A stretch of DNA of 20,115 nucleotides from Oligoflexales bacterium (GCA_045105515.1 JBGCDR010000098.1:1-20115), one strand, 5' to 3'. Shown: positions 1 to 8,826, numbered from the stretch's first letter. Notes: generated by a model not told the origin, from the letters alone. A program made the numbers and translations.

Positions 1-118
1 TCGTTTAATCATAGCATGTTGATATTACATATATATTATATGGCGGTTTTTTCTGTTTTTACATCATATCTTTTGCGGTTTCAGTGATTATACATGGAAA
101 GTAGGTGTTAATGGGAGC

Positions 119-1426
119 TTAATCTTCGTCTTGCCAGTATATAACTAAGTCATGCCTTAACCGATTAATACGCAGCAAAGTTGACAAAGCAATGCCAATC
201 AACTCCGGTTCAAAATCTATTCCATTATTTTGATTATGATAGCGAATACTATTTTTAAGTGCTCGCTGCACTTTAAAATTATCTGATTTAATTTTTTTTT
301 CAGCATCTTGATAGTCATCTAAACTTTCATTATACCTAAAGACCAAGTTTGACACGATATTATCAATCAATGAAAGAGAGCGTTCTTTTTGAATTTCAAG
401 TAAGCGAATTTGGGATTTAGATATATTAATATTGGCAATATTATCTAACCCAAAGGACAAACCAAAAGTTCGAAAATCCTCTCTTGGTTCTCCTGTAGAT
501 AAAGGGCTAGCTACTATTGCCTTCAAAGTATATTTTGCTGCACTAATCATGTAATCCATCGATAGTATTTCAAGAGAATTAATTTTTGCTTTTGCAATTA
601 TCTTATCTTTATCAAGGGGAAATAGTTGACTCAAGTTAGGAAGCTCTAATCTTTCAATATCGATGTTGCCAGTCTCCTTCACAAAACCCATCAAGGTTCC
701 TAACTGCGGGATACTAGCTAAGGCTTCTTGTCGCAATTCATACATAGTACCATTAACAGCAGCATTTAAAGAATCAAGAAACTCTATATCCGTTATATTA
801 ATAGGACCATTTTGATCCTCTTGATAGTCCTCGCGAAGATGAGTAAGCATCTGAATTAATCTTTGCTTATAAAAAAGTGATATTTCATAATCTATCTTAG
901 CTTGATGAATGCGGAAGTAAGTAATTTGAGTAAAGGATGATTGATCTAGAAGGGTATTTAAGTATGCGTATTTGCGAGCATCATAAAATTGCCTCGCTTC
1001 CATCCACTTAAACCAATTAAAGGGAATTACAAAGCCCAATAAATTGCTTGTAAAATCATTTATCCCTGAAGGTAAGCTAGATCCAAAATTAATATTAAGG
1101 CGGGGAGCTAGAGCTCCAATTCTTAACAGCACTCTTTTACGCGATTGATAAAGCCCTTCAACCCCTTCTCGAGTATCAAAACCCTGCTTAAGGTATAGGT
1201 CAAAAGCTTTTTCAATGCTATAATATCTCACTTGCTTCCCAGAGTCTTGAAGACGATTCGCAACAATGTTCCAATCTATATTTTGACCTTTATAAAGGAA
1301 AAGATCGAGATCTATGGGACTCATTATTTTCGTATCTTCTTCTACATTAGCAAGGACAGGCAAGCCCGATAGTATAAATATCGAGCCCAACAAAATCATA
1401 AGTTTGAAGAAGAATCTACCAAGCAT
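119..1426 (-). CDS. TolC-family / outer-membrane efflux protein-like
   Basis: Signal-peptide-like N-terminus, two-repeat helical pattern typical of OEP proteins (LAPRLNINFG; FGLSFGL...NINISKSQ). Start placed at ATG 1426 (AGGAA upstream); ORF track extends to GTG 1462. Confidence 0.6.
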   Translation of the reverse strand: MLGRFFFKLMILLGSIFILSGLPVLANVEEDTKIMSPIDLDLFLYKGQNIDWNIVANRLQDSGKQVRYYSIEKAFDLYLKQGFDTREGVEGLYQSRKRVLLRIGALAPRLNINFGSSLPSGINDFTSNLLGFVIPFNWFKWMEARQFYDARKYAYLNTLLDQSSFTQITYFRIHQAKIDYEISLFYKQRLIQMLTHLREDYQEDQNGPINITDIEFLDSLNAAVNGTMYELRQEALASIPQLGTLMGFVKETGNIDIERLELPNLSQLFPLDKDKIIAKAKINSLEILSMDYMISAAKYTLKAIVASPLSTGEPREDFRTFGLSFGLDNIANINISKSQIRLLEIQKERSLSLIDNIVSNLVFRYNESLDDYQDAEKKIKSDNFKVQRALKNSIRYHNQNNGIDFEPELIGIALSTLLRINRLRHDLVIYWQDED

Positions 1427-1499
1427 ATATATTCCTAAATAATAAACAACATACTTATTCACCTACAAGCAAAAGCACCAAACATTACTCAAAAAAACT

Positions 1500-1513
1500 T
1501 GCTAAGCTTATCA
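1500..1513. promoter_or_regulatory. Overlapping bidirectional extended -10 elements (TGnTAAGCT on both strands)
   Basis: tgctaagcttatca reads TG-C-TAAGCT on + and TG-A-TAAGCT on -, between divergent genes. Confidence 0.4.
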
Positions 1514-1639
1514 GAATTAAACTAAAATTCCGATGCAGTTTTTTAGTCGTTTTTTGTTACTTATTTTTCTAAGCTAGATATCAAATTGTTCGTTTTTTTG
1601 AAACTTACATGAATTCAAAGCAATATAAGGTTAACATCA

Positions 1640-2698
1640 GTGAAGATAGATAAATCGATTCAATCCGAAAGAGTTAAAAAACTGCAAGGTGTATTGCTAG
1701 GAACTGCGGTTGGCGATGCTCTTGGACTTCCCTTTGAAAATTTACCTTCTCATAAAATAATCAAAACGAAGCAGCTCAAAGATAGATTCTATTTTTATGG
1801 AAACAATGGAGTGGTATCAGATGATACCGAGCTTTCTGCGCTACTAGCCGAAAGCCTAATTCTCTTTTCAAATGACAGAAAAATGACTGTAAAATCATTC
1901 AAGATCGCTTTATTGTCCTGGTTTTTGCGCCTCCCTTGGGGAATTGGATTTGGAACCCTAAAATCTTGCTTAAAAATTTTAATTGGCTTCAAAACAACAG
2001 GAGCTGGAATTGGGTCTGCAGGAAACGGTGTTGCTATGCGATCTAGTATCATTGGAGTTTATTATCATGATTGCTATGAGGATAGAATCGCTATAGGAAA
2101 AGCTTTAGCTCAAGTGACCCACCAAGATGAAAGAGCGATCGAAGGAGGCCTTTTTACCGCAGAAGTAGCTGCTATTCTTTCTAGAGACGACGGGATTGAA
2201 GATATTGCTTCGGCAATAGAAACGGCAAAAAAAGTAATCAATAATGAGGAGCTGCTTTTAGCAATAGAAAATGCACAACAATTGTATCAAACCCAAACTC
2301 CAAGAGAGCTTGCAGCGACAGAGCTAGGTACCAGCGGCTATGTGATATCCACCGTATCATTTGCTGTATATTGTTTTTTAAAATATGGAAAAAATCCACT
2401 AAATGCCATTCATAATGCGATTATTTCTGGTGGGGATACCGATACTATTGCAGCCATAGTTGGAGCTTGGTCTGGGGCATATTATGGGCTTGATTGGATA
2501 CCAGAAAATTTACTCAATAATTTTCTTAAAGGGCCCTTTGGAGTTAATCATCTAAAAAAGCTTGGAATGGAATTATCTAAGAAACAGGAATATAGAAAAG
2601 TACCAAAATTCTCAGGTGCCTTGGCTTTGGCAAGAAATATACTACTGCTTCCATTGGTTTTATTCGCATTCATCAAGAATTTATTACCTTTTAATTGA
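1640..2698 (+). CDS. ADP-ribosylglycohydrolase (DraG/ARH family)
   Basis: Motifs LLGTAVGDALG, SDDT, GNGVAMR, VTH, GGDTDT...GA.YG; hydrophobic C-terminal tail. Confidence 0.9.
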   Translation: MKIDKSIQSERVKKLQGVLLGTAVGDALGLPFENLPSHKIIKTKQLKDRFYFYGNNGVVSDDTELSALLAESLILFSNDRKMTVKSFKIALLSWFLRLPWGIGFGTLKSCLKILIGFKTTGAGIGSAGNGVAMRSSIIGVYYHDCYEDRIAIGKALAQVTHQDERAIEGGLFTAEVAAILSRDDGIEDIASAIETAKKVINNEELLLAIENAQQLYQTQTPRELAATELGTSGYVISTVSFAVYCFLKYGKNPLNAIHNAIISGGDTDTIAAIVGAWSGAYYGLDWIPENLLNNFLKGPFGVNHLKKLGMELSKKQEYRKVPKFSGALALARNILLLPLVLFAFIKNLLPFN

Positions 2699-2875
2699 CA
2701 ATAGGCGATCAAATTTCTTAAGAAATATTGCTCAAACTCTCCGATTTAAGAGTCGTGGGCTTTTAATATTTTAATCAATAGATGTTAAAACTAGTTTTTA
2801 GACTTGCAAAGCTAGGAAGATATGATACCAAAAAGGCCAATATTGTATAAGTTTTTTCAGTTTGAGTTTGTAGTC

Positions 2876-3061
2876 GGAGGTTTTTTTTAAAAAAAGTATT
2901 TTTTCTTATTTTTTTTATCAAATGTCATTAGTTCCATCGGGTACGCAAACCAATCAGAAACTATAGGTGAAAAAATACTAGATAAAATCTTTCAGCTAGA
3001 TTTTGAGGATGAATCATATTTAAGCGAAATCAAAGACTCGGAATCTGCACAGAGCATTTGA
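2876..3061 (+). pseudogene. Possible decayed gene fragment for a secreted protein
   Basis: GGAGG at 2876-2880 with no valid start codon. Removing one T from the T8 run at 2909-2916 gives (L)KKVFFLIFLSNVISSIGYA-NQSETIGEKILDKIFQLDFEDES..., a signal-peptide-like sequence, stopping at 3059-3061. Confidence 0.3.
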
Positions 3062-3163
3062 GGAATACTCAGGACATACACAGCAGTTAGCAAAGTAGCT
3101 TCATGATGATGATCTGAATCATCTGCTACCTTGGCCTTATCATCCATTTTCTCAGTAAAAATC

Positions 3164-3463
3164 TCAAAAATTGAGAAGCGTAGTTTTTTTTATTCGTTCT
3201 ACTTGTTTTTCCTTTTTTGAAGTCAAAGGGTCGCTGCTACTTGCTAAACCACTCACATTCCCGAGGAAAAATGTGATGCATGCTAGTAAGCAAATTCTGA
3301 TAAAAAACGAGCAAACTGTAAATGTATCTGAAACATTCTGATTTCTCCATAAAAAGCTCATTTTAAATCGATTGCTTGTTTTAGAACTAGAAAAAAAATC
3401 AACTGAGAGATAACTTGGATTGCTTATTGAAACCAATAAAAAATAGATGTAAAGGAAGATCAT
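3164..3463 (-). CDS. Hypothetical protein (doubtful, possibly frameshifted)
   Basis: 99-aa ORF just downstream of the HD-like gene, with a hydrophobic stretch; could extend to 2992 by a frameshift in the A8 run (3184-3191). Confidence 0.25.
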   Translation of the reverse strand: MIFLYIYFLLVSISNPSYLSVDFFSSSKTSNRFKMSFLWRNQNVSDTFTVCSFFIRICLLACITFFLGNVSGLASSSDPLTSKKEKQVERIKKTTLLNF

Positions 3464-3499
3464 CTCAAAATATCGAAATTTCTGGAGTAGACATTGAAT

Positions 3500-4882
3500 T
3501 CAAGCAGACTGCGGTCTAATTCGATCAAGAATATTTCTTATAGATTCCAATCTCGTTTTCCGGGTATAAGCAACCTGAGCACAGGCATTTGCTATCGAGT
3601 CGACCAATTCCTCATTTTGATTAAGTAGAAAATTTTCTGCTGATAACTTACCTAAAAATAAATCTTTTGCTTCCTGATAATGCTGAATTATTTTCTTCTC
3701 GCCCAAGAAATCATAAAGAAAAGCCGAAAGGGGAGAAGCCTTAGTATCATAGACTGAATCACTTGCTCTTCCGAAGGTAAGTAAATCAGTGATTACGGGA
3801 TTCTTATCTTTAGCTTCGGGAAGGCTTATTCTTTTTTTATCAAGGAATAATTCCATTTTGGGAATGGAACTTTCATGGCGTAAATCTCCCATAAAAAATA
3901 TCAGGGGAACGTCCCCTCCGGTAATATCACTCAAGGCCTCTAAAATCGCTACTGTGTAGAGTTTAACTTGAAGATAGTAACATCCTAATCTCAGATTATT
4001 TTGCGCACATTCTGTAAATTTCTTGATTTCAGCAACCACAGGGTGACCATCATAACTACAATAGATACTTTCTGCTTGCAAGTTGCTTAGAAAGCGCTCC
4101 ATCTTAAAAAGTGCATTTCTATACTCTCTTATTGTATACATACTTGAAGTTATAAGCCTTGTATTGGTTTCAGGAAGAAGCTGCCATGTTTCTTCAAGAA
4201 ATAAAGCAACTTCTTCATGAGAGAAACTACCTACATCCTTATTTGCAAGAATAACAGCTCTTTTGATACCAGCATTCAATTCACTCCTTTCAATACCTAA
4301 AGAGTGTTTGACATTCACATAATTTAAGCGTTTTTCAAGTACCTCTATTGCATTTGTCTTAGCCCTGAAAGGAATAGTTGCTTCAATACAGACACAAACC
4401 ATCAAAAGCTCTTTTTTTGACAAGACCTCAGACATCACTTTAAGAGCTAGAAGAGCACTAAGAAATTCATTCTGCCCTTTAGCAAGTAGAAGCTGTTGCC
4501 CTTGGGAAAAACCGAAAAGATCCAAAGTAGCATCATAAATAAAGTCAGGCTCATCCATTTCTTTTGTAAATAAGATTCCATTTACTGAATTAAAATAAGG
4601 ATAGATAAAGCTATGCAAAAATGGAGGAACTCCTCCATCTACCTGATAGTAGACAATGTCATGAAAGAGAGCAGCAACTACTCCAATTGGATCCATTCCC
4701 TCAGCTAAATCAATAACATGATCATGACTATGATATAGTCTGGTCGGACCCGACATACCCTCTAAAATAATCATTGCCCATCTTTCAAGCTGGTGAGAGG
4801 TCGGCATGTAATTTAAAGATGAAACTGACCATTTGAATTTCTCCATTACTTTAATCAGAGCTTCAATTGGAGTGTTACCCAT
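3500..4882 (-). CDS. HD-superfamily-like predicted metal-dependent phosphohydrolase
   Basis: RLYHSHDH...AALFHDIVY motif, then IEATIPF and LANKDV, consistent with the H...HD...D ligand pattern; 460 aa. Confidence 0.65.
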   Translation of the reverse strand: MGNTPIEALIKVMEKFKWSVSSLNYMPTSHQLERWAMIILEGMSGPTRLYHSHDHVIDLAEGMDPIGVVAALFHDIVYYQVDGGVPPFLHSFIYPYFNSVNGILFTKEMDEPDFIYDATLDLFGFSQGQQLLLAKGQNEFLSALLALKVMSEVLSKKELLMVCVCIEATIPFRAKTNAIEVLEKRLNYVNVKHSLGIERSELNAGIKRAVILANKDVGSFSHEEVALFLEETWQLLPETNTRLITSSMYTIREYRNALFKMERFLSNLQAESIYCSYDGHPVVAEIKKFTECAQNNLRLGCYYLQVKLYTVAILEALSDITGGDVPLIFFMGDLRHESSIPKMELFLDKKRISLPEAKDKNPVITDLLTFGRASDSVYDTKASPLSAFLYDFLGEKKIIQHYQEAKDLFLGKLSAENFLLNQNEELVDSIANACAQVAYTRKTRLESIRNILDRIRPQSA

Positions 4883-5004
4883 CTCTAGTCCTATATCAAA
4901 TTCAACCTACTCACTATTATATGTCACTCAAACAAGGAAGCACTGGGTTAAAAAGTCCTAGCTTTTTGCTAAGTAACAGCCCAAATTTATGAGTCTTAAT
5001 TTGC

Positions 5005-5031
5005 TAAAGTTTCGTATTAATTTTCCGATAG
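5005..5031 (+). promoter_or_regulatory. Sigma-28 (FliA)-type promoter
   Basis: TAAAGTTT-N11-TCCGATAG versus consensus TAAAGTTT-N11-GCCGATAA, 51 bp upstream of ATG 5083. Confidence 0.75.
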
Positions 5032-5082
5032 CACCCGCACAGAAGAATATAGAATCTATTATCTCAGATCGTAAGGATAAGC

Positions 5083-6369
5083 ATGAAGAATAAATTCTTT
5101 TTCAGCCTTGCTATTCTCATCCTAAGCAATTTTTTTGGGTGTAAAACGAAGCAAGACAATCAATCCAATCAAGATGTTATCGATCAATGTAATACGACAG
5201 AAAATTACACCTGGTATGAAGGTCGGTGCATCAAAGAGTCTGATCGAGATAAAAAATTGGCTGAAGCTAACTGCAATTTAAAAAGTGCCACACATGCCTG
5301 GATTAATGGAGAATGCGTAAGCAAAGATGATGTAATCACTCCCAGAGAACGTTGTGAAGACAGAGGAGATAGCTCTTATTGGCATGTAGATGCAAATATG
5401 AACGGAACCTGTATTGGGCCAACCAACGTGGAAAGTAATCGTGAAACTTGCACCAAGAAAGTGGAAGATGGTTTTATTTGGGATTCTGAAAACAGTCGTT
5501 GTCTCTCTCAAGAAGCACAGAGGTGCGAACGGGGAGGAGATTTTTGGACGAACGACCAACGCTGCATAAAACCAGCTGAAAAATCCTGTATCGAACGTCA
5601 AGATGGCTCAAATTGGGAAGGTGGAGAATGTATCAGCGCTGATGAGGTAAATTGCAAAAAAAGAGGCTCTGACTTTGTATGGAAAGATATAGGTGGAGTT
5701 AAGCAGTGTACTCGAAAATCATTCCTGGAGTATTGTCTCGATTCGGAAGCAGGAAACGCGACGAGTTCGATAACTCATACTGTCACAGTTTTGCGTTCTC
5801 TTACAGATACCAGAAACTTATCTTGTCAAGAGACCAACAATATCCTGTTATTCAAGAAATCTCTTGATCTTAGAGAACAAGGCATCAGTAACCTTGCACC
5901 CATAGCTGGATACACCGAGCTTTCAGTTTTAGCACTACAGTCGAATAACATTAAAGATATTAGTTTTATTGAAGGACTCTATAAACTGACACGCCTAGAC
6001 CTCACAACCAACCAGGTTAACGATCTGAATCCGCTTAAAAATCTCGGTTTCTTGAAGGATCTATATCTTTCTTACAATGAAATAAGTGACCTAACCCCTC
6101 TTGCAGGTATGGAGTCTTTGAATAGTCTATACCTTAGTAAAAATAAAATATCGGAGATAAATGGCTTAGTATCACTCAGTGAAAATCTTAATGGCGGTTT
6201 AAAAAGTCTCCGGACCCTAGATATCAGTGACAACTGCGAGATTACGGATATTAAAGAACTTCTGCGCTTGTCCAAACTCGAAGTTCTAGTAGTCGACCTC
6301 ATAGGAACTGATGATATCCCCAGCTTTCCTGAAGGGGTTAGCATCATCAAAGATAAGAAATGTCAGTAG
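5083..6369 (+). CDS. Lipoprotein with 7 Cys/Trp repeats and internalin-like leucine-rich repeats
   Basis: Lipobox-like FFG-C20; seven C-x(6-9)-W-x(4-9)-C units; LRRs such as LTRLDLTTNQVNDLNPLKNL and LKDLYLSYNEISDLTPLAGM; RBS AAGGA. Confidence 0.85.
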   Translation: MKNKFFFSLAILILSNFFGCKTKQDNQSNQDVIDQCNTTENYTWYEGRCIKESDRDKKLAEANCNLKSATHAWINGECVSKDDVITPRERCEDRGDSSYWHVDANMNGTCIGPTNVESNRETCTKKVEDGFIWDSENSRCLSQEAQRCERGGDFWTNDQRCIKPAEKSCIERQDGSNWEGGECISADEVNCKKRGSDFVWKDIGGVKQCTRKSFLEYCLDSEAGNATSSITHTVTVLRSLTDTRNLSCQETNNILLFKKSLDLREQGISNLAPIAGYTELSVLALQSNNIKDISFIEGLYKLTRLDLTTNQVNDLNPLKNLGFLKDLYLSYNEISDLTPLAGMESLNSLYLSKNKISEINGLVSLSENLNGGLKSLRTLDISDNCEITDIKELLRLSKLEVLVVDLIGTDDIPSFPEGVSIIKDKKCQ

Positions 6370-6389
6370 TTAAAAGTCAAGGCTATAGC

Positions 6390-7307
6390 CTAGCTAACTG
6401 GAAGGTCTTGCCTATCTACCTCTAATTGGCTCATTCCCTTATCTACAGCTTTTTCAGTTTCTAGACTCATGAATACCTTTTGCCCGCTTCGAACAATATC
6501 CTGAAGCTGAAAACCGATCAGAGACTTAGGAACCCAAAACATAGCCGACAACTCAGAAATCATGTTTCGACGCGAGTCCATTTTGCTCATTTCTTCGATC
6601 AGCATGGATTTTGGCGCAAGCAAATTCGCCGTGAAAACCATTTCTTCGAAAGAAACGAGGTGATCCTTTTTCGGACCGAGCTCTTCGAAACGCTGCCTTT
6701 CTCCCTCAAAAACAATCCTAGCGATATCCTTAGCCATACTCATACGAGTCTGCGGCTTCAGTTCACCTTTTCTAAAATGGATCGTATATTGTCCAGGTTT
6801 TTTTCGCAGAATCCTGCTGAGCTTATCCATCATTTCGATAGGCTGAATGCTGATGAAAGGGAAAAACCTCAGGACTTCTGGCAAGTACAGTGGCGGAGTA
6901 GAAAACTCTGCTTTTTCATGCAAAGCATCAACAAAGCTTTCAACTCTCTGACGAACTTTATTGAGGCCTTCAATTCCACCTTCAAGAGCTTTCTTGATGG
7001 TGGCGTGATAGGTTTGCCCTTCCTTGTACTCATAATAAGCTTCTTCAAGCCTGGAATGCCCGCTTGCAATATCGTGGACTAGAGATACCTCCAATCCAAG
7101 AACGTCTGCGAGCTTTGCTAAGGCGAAAACAGATTTTACATTCTTTTCACCACGTTTCCAGTGCGAGCAGTCAGAGGGGTTAAAGTTTAGGATTCCTCCT
7201 ACCTCTTGGTCGTGCACTTTTGTACCTTTCTGGTCCATCAGTACTTTTTGACAAAACTTAAACAACTGTACAGAATTTGGGAACTTGGCGACACCAGAGC
7301 GTCTCAT
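6390..7307 (-). CDS. HTH (XRE-like) + degenerate ImmA/IrrE-like domain protein, putative regulator
   Basis: N-terminal HTH-like DQEVGGILNFNPSDCSHWKRGEK...LAKLADVLGL; C-terminal RMSMAKDIARIVF...EMVFTANLLAPK...LSAMFWVPKS parallels the IrrE pattern RFTIAHELGH...EANxFAAELLMP...LAxxFxVS. Start moved to ATG 7307 (GGAGG upstream). Confidence 0.65.
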   Translation of the reverse strand: MRRSGVAKFPNSVQLFKFCQKVLMDQKGTKVHDQEVGGILNFNPSDCSHWKRGEKNVKSVFALAKLADVLGLEVSLVHDIASGHSRLEEAYYEYKEGQTYHATIKKALEGGIEGLNKVRQRVESFVDALHEKAEFSTPPLYLPEVLRFFPFISIQPIEMMDKLSRILRKKPGQYTIHFRKGELKPQTRMSMAKDIARIVFEGERQRFEELGPKKDHLVSFEEMVFTANLLAPKSMLIEEMSKMDSRRNMISELSAMFWVPKSLIGFQLQDIVRSGQKVFMSLETEKAVDKGMSQLEVDRQDLPVS

Positions 7308-7368
7308 CACTCCTCCGAACCATCGCGGTGATAAAAATGCAAGGTCTTGAAAACTTAGGCTTACAATA

Positions 7369-7397
7369 AATATAGCTGGCCACTTATTTACAGTCAA
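7369..7397 (-). promoter_or_regulatory. Sigma-70-type promoter for the HTH-IrrE gene
   Basis: TTGACT-N17-TATATT on the - strand. Confidence 0.65.
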
Positions 7398-7400
7398 GAA

Positions 7401-8021
7401 TCAGATAAAATTATTATAAAGCCGCTTATTTTTCTGACTTTTTGCACGAACTAAAAATCTCGATATGATTGCTTCCCCTAGGGTAGCACCAACAATGAAA
7501 CGAAACAACAATCCATACATGAGCAGCAGGAGAAAACCCCCCAGCCCTATGAACATCAATGGCATTTGCTCTAAGAATTTTTCAAAAAGACTGAATAGCC
7601 ACTGCTTTTGGCTTAATTCAAAAAAACCTTTAGAAAAAGAATAAGCCAAGAATACTAGTAATAAAGAAAATATTACAAAAACAGCATCCAAAGACCACGC
7701 TAGGATCTTATTGATCGACGACCAATAAATACTTTGAGGCCTCTGAACTTGAGAATTTTTCTTGGGAGGCACAAACTGATCACATCTATCTCTTTGATAA
7801 CTAGAAGCCGAATCTTTTCCAACATTCTCTTGGCCGTCCAAAATCTTTGGCTGCGAGCTAGGTTTTCTTTCTACAGAAAATTGCTGTTTATGACTTTTCG
7901 GTAATATATTAGATTTACTAGGTCGCGTAAAAATTCCAATTCCTTGAGAAAGACAGCGAAAATCTTCCTTACACAATTGGTCTGCGAATGCTCTTAGCTC
8001 GTGGCTCATGGATTTTTCCAT
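7401..8021 (-). CDS. RDD-family-like membrane protein
   Basis: KILAWSLDAVFV (RxxAxxID-like), two TM segments, GATLGE (GQTLGK-like); low-complexity N-terminal half. Confidence 0.55.
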   Translation of the reverse strand: MEKSMSHELRAFADQLCKEDFRCLSQGIGIFTRPSKSNILPKSHKQQFSVERKPSSQPKILDGQENVGKDSASSYQRDRCDQFVPPKKNSQVQRPQSIYWSSINKILAWSLDAVFVIFSLLLVFLAYSFSKGFFELSQKQWLFSLFEKFLEQMPLMFIGLGGFLLLLMYGLLFRFIVGATLGEAIISRFLVRAKSQKNKRLYNNFI

Positions 8022-8057
8022 GGTAATGCCTTTGTATCAGATTTATTTCCAACACTA

Positions 8058-8066
8058 AGCTTATCA
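8058..8066 (-). promoter_or_regulatory. Extended -10 element (TGATAAGCT)
   Basis: Same 12-mer ctaagcttatca as at 1502-1513, about 37 bp upstream of ATG 8021. Confidence 0.35.
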
Positions 8067-8206
8067 CAAGGTTCTTGCTAGGAATATTTCTGCAGGTGAA
8101 AAGGCAGGAATACTCTCAGAAATATGCTCCCTTCTCTTGCTTGCATCGAAGGGCTGCTTATGAATCCCCCTAAGAAGAGGGTGCTCCTCGAAGTGAGCAA
8201 ATGGTG

Positions 8207-8536
8207 CTATTCTACAGTCTTAACTCTTAATGTTTTATCCCGCATGTCTTTGCGAACCTGCTCGTATAAGCTAGAGGCAGCTTGCTGATCTTTACTCTGT
8301 TTTTTTGACGCTAATGTCCCATGCTGCACCTGAGCCGTAGCATGATCAAGAATGGCTTCTACCGCAGCCAATGTTATTTTAAAGGTATCTTGGTTAAGAT
8401 TAAGAACCTTTGGCCTTAATCTTAACCATTCATCCCATTGCGAAGTTGATGCTTGCAAATCCTGACTGTCTTTTACTACTTGATCGAAGTAGAACGATAA
8501 TTTTTCTCCGGAGAAGGATTTCTTAGGCTGGACCAA
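8207..8536 (-). CDS. Hypothetical protein
   Basis: 109-aa ORF with TTG start and AGGA upstream, filling an otherwise empty gap; helical-looking composition. Confidence 0.55.
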   Translation of the reverse strand: MVQPKKSFSGEKLSFYFDQVVKDSQDLQASTSQWDEWLRLRPKVLNLNQDTFKITLAAVEAILDHATAQVQHGTLASKKQSKDQQAASSLYEQVRKDMRDKTLRVKTVE

Positions 8537-8679
8537 TTGACTCTAGTTCCTATTTTTATTTTTTCGACTTACCAATCAATACCTTCTTCGGAACTTCACG
8601 AATCTGACTCAATGAAACCTTTTGGCCTAGGAAATGATCTTATAGATAAACTTCGCTGCTAGTACCCAAACTGAGAACA

Positions 8680-8688
8680 TGCTAGAAT
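8680..8688 (+). promoter_or_regulatory. Extended -10 promoter element for cysS
   Basis: TG-C-TAGAAT; implies a TSS near 8695 and a ~130-nt leader. Confidence 0.55.
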
Positions 8689-8704
8689 ATGCCCGCCAAA
8701 GTGA

Positions 8705-8806
8705 AAATCCACCGAAACTCTAAGGAAGAAGCATCGAACTCTCTTCCTTTCAAGGAGTTTCTGGCACCTCCAAATGAAAGAGGAGGCCCAGTGAAGGTGG
8801 ATCAAT
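8705..8806 (+). repeat. 102-bp structured element, copy A (cysS 5' leader)
   Basis: Pairings atccacc(8707-13)/ggtggat(8796-8802), gaaactc(8714-20)/gagtttc(8755-61), aaggaaga(8722-29)/tcttcctt(8742-49), cctcc(8767-71)/ggagg(8782-86); ungapped similarity to 11573-11674. Confidence 0.75.
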
Positions 8807-8826
8807 GCATCCCCAGGAGAGAGTCC

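Noticed and set aside
6480..7082. 200-aa + strand ORF and the other short overlapping ORFs in the track
   Set aside because: Antisense or out-of-frame shadows of well-supported genes with no recognisable motifs
7308..7397. N-terminal extension of the HTH-IrrE ORF (likewise 17460-17504 and 19683-19775 for their genes)
   Set aside because: These overlap promoter elements or the upstream gene; better RBS-supported starts lie downstream
8084..8125. 9-bp inverted repeat atatttctg/cagaaatat
   Set aside because: AT-rich with a 24-nt loop and no U tail; compatible with chance
8585..8612. Third sigma-28 promoter (TTGAG...TCCGAAG, - strand)
   Set aside because: Poor -35 match and spacing one base too long
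8791..8807. T-box riboswitch (AAGGTGG) upstream of cysS
   Set aside because: Lacks the GGTGGnACC continuation, a terminator and room for stem I
8689..8826. 46-aa N-terminal extension of CysRS in the ORF track
   Set aside because: ATG 8689 abuts the -10 box with no RBS; CysRS similarity starts at GTG 8827, which has an AGGAGA RBS
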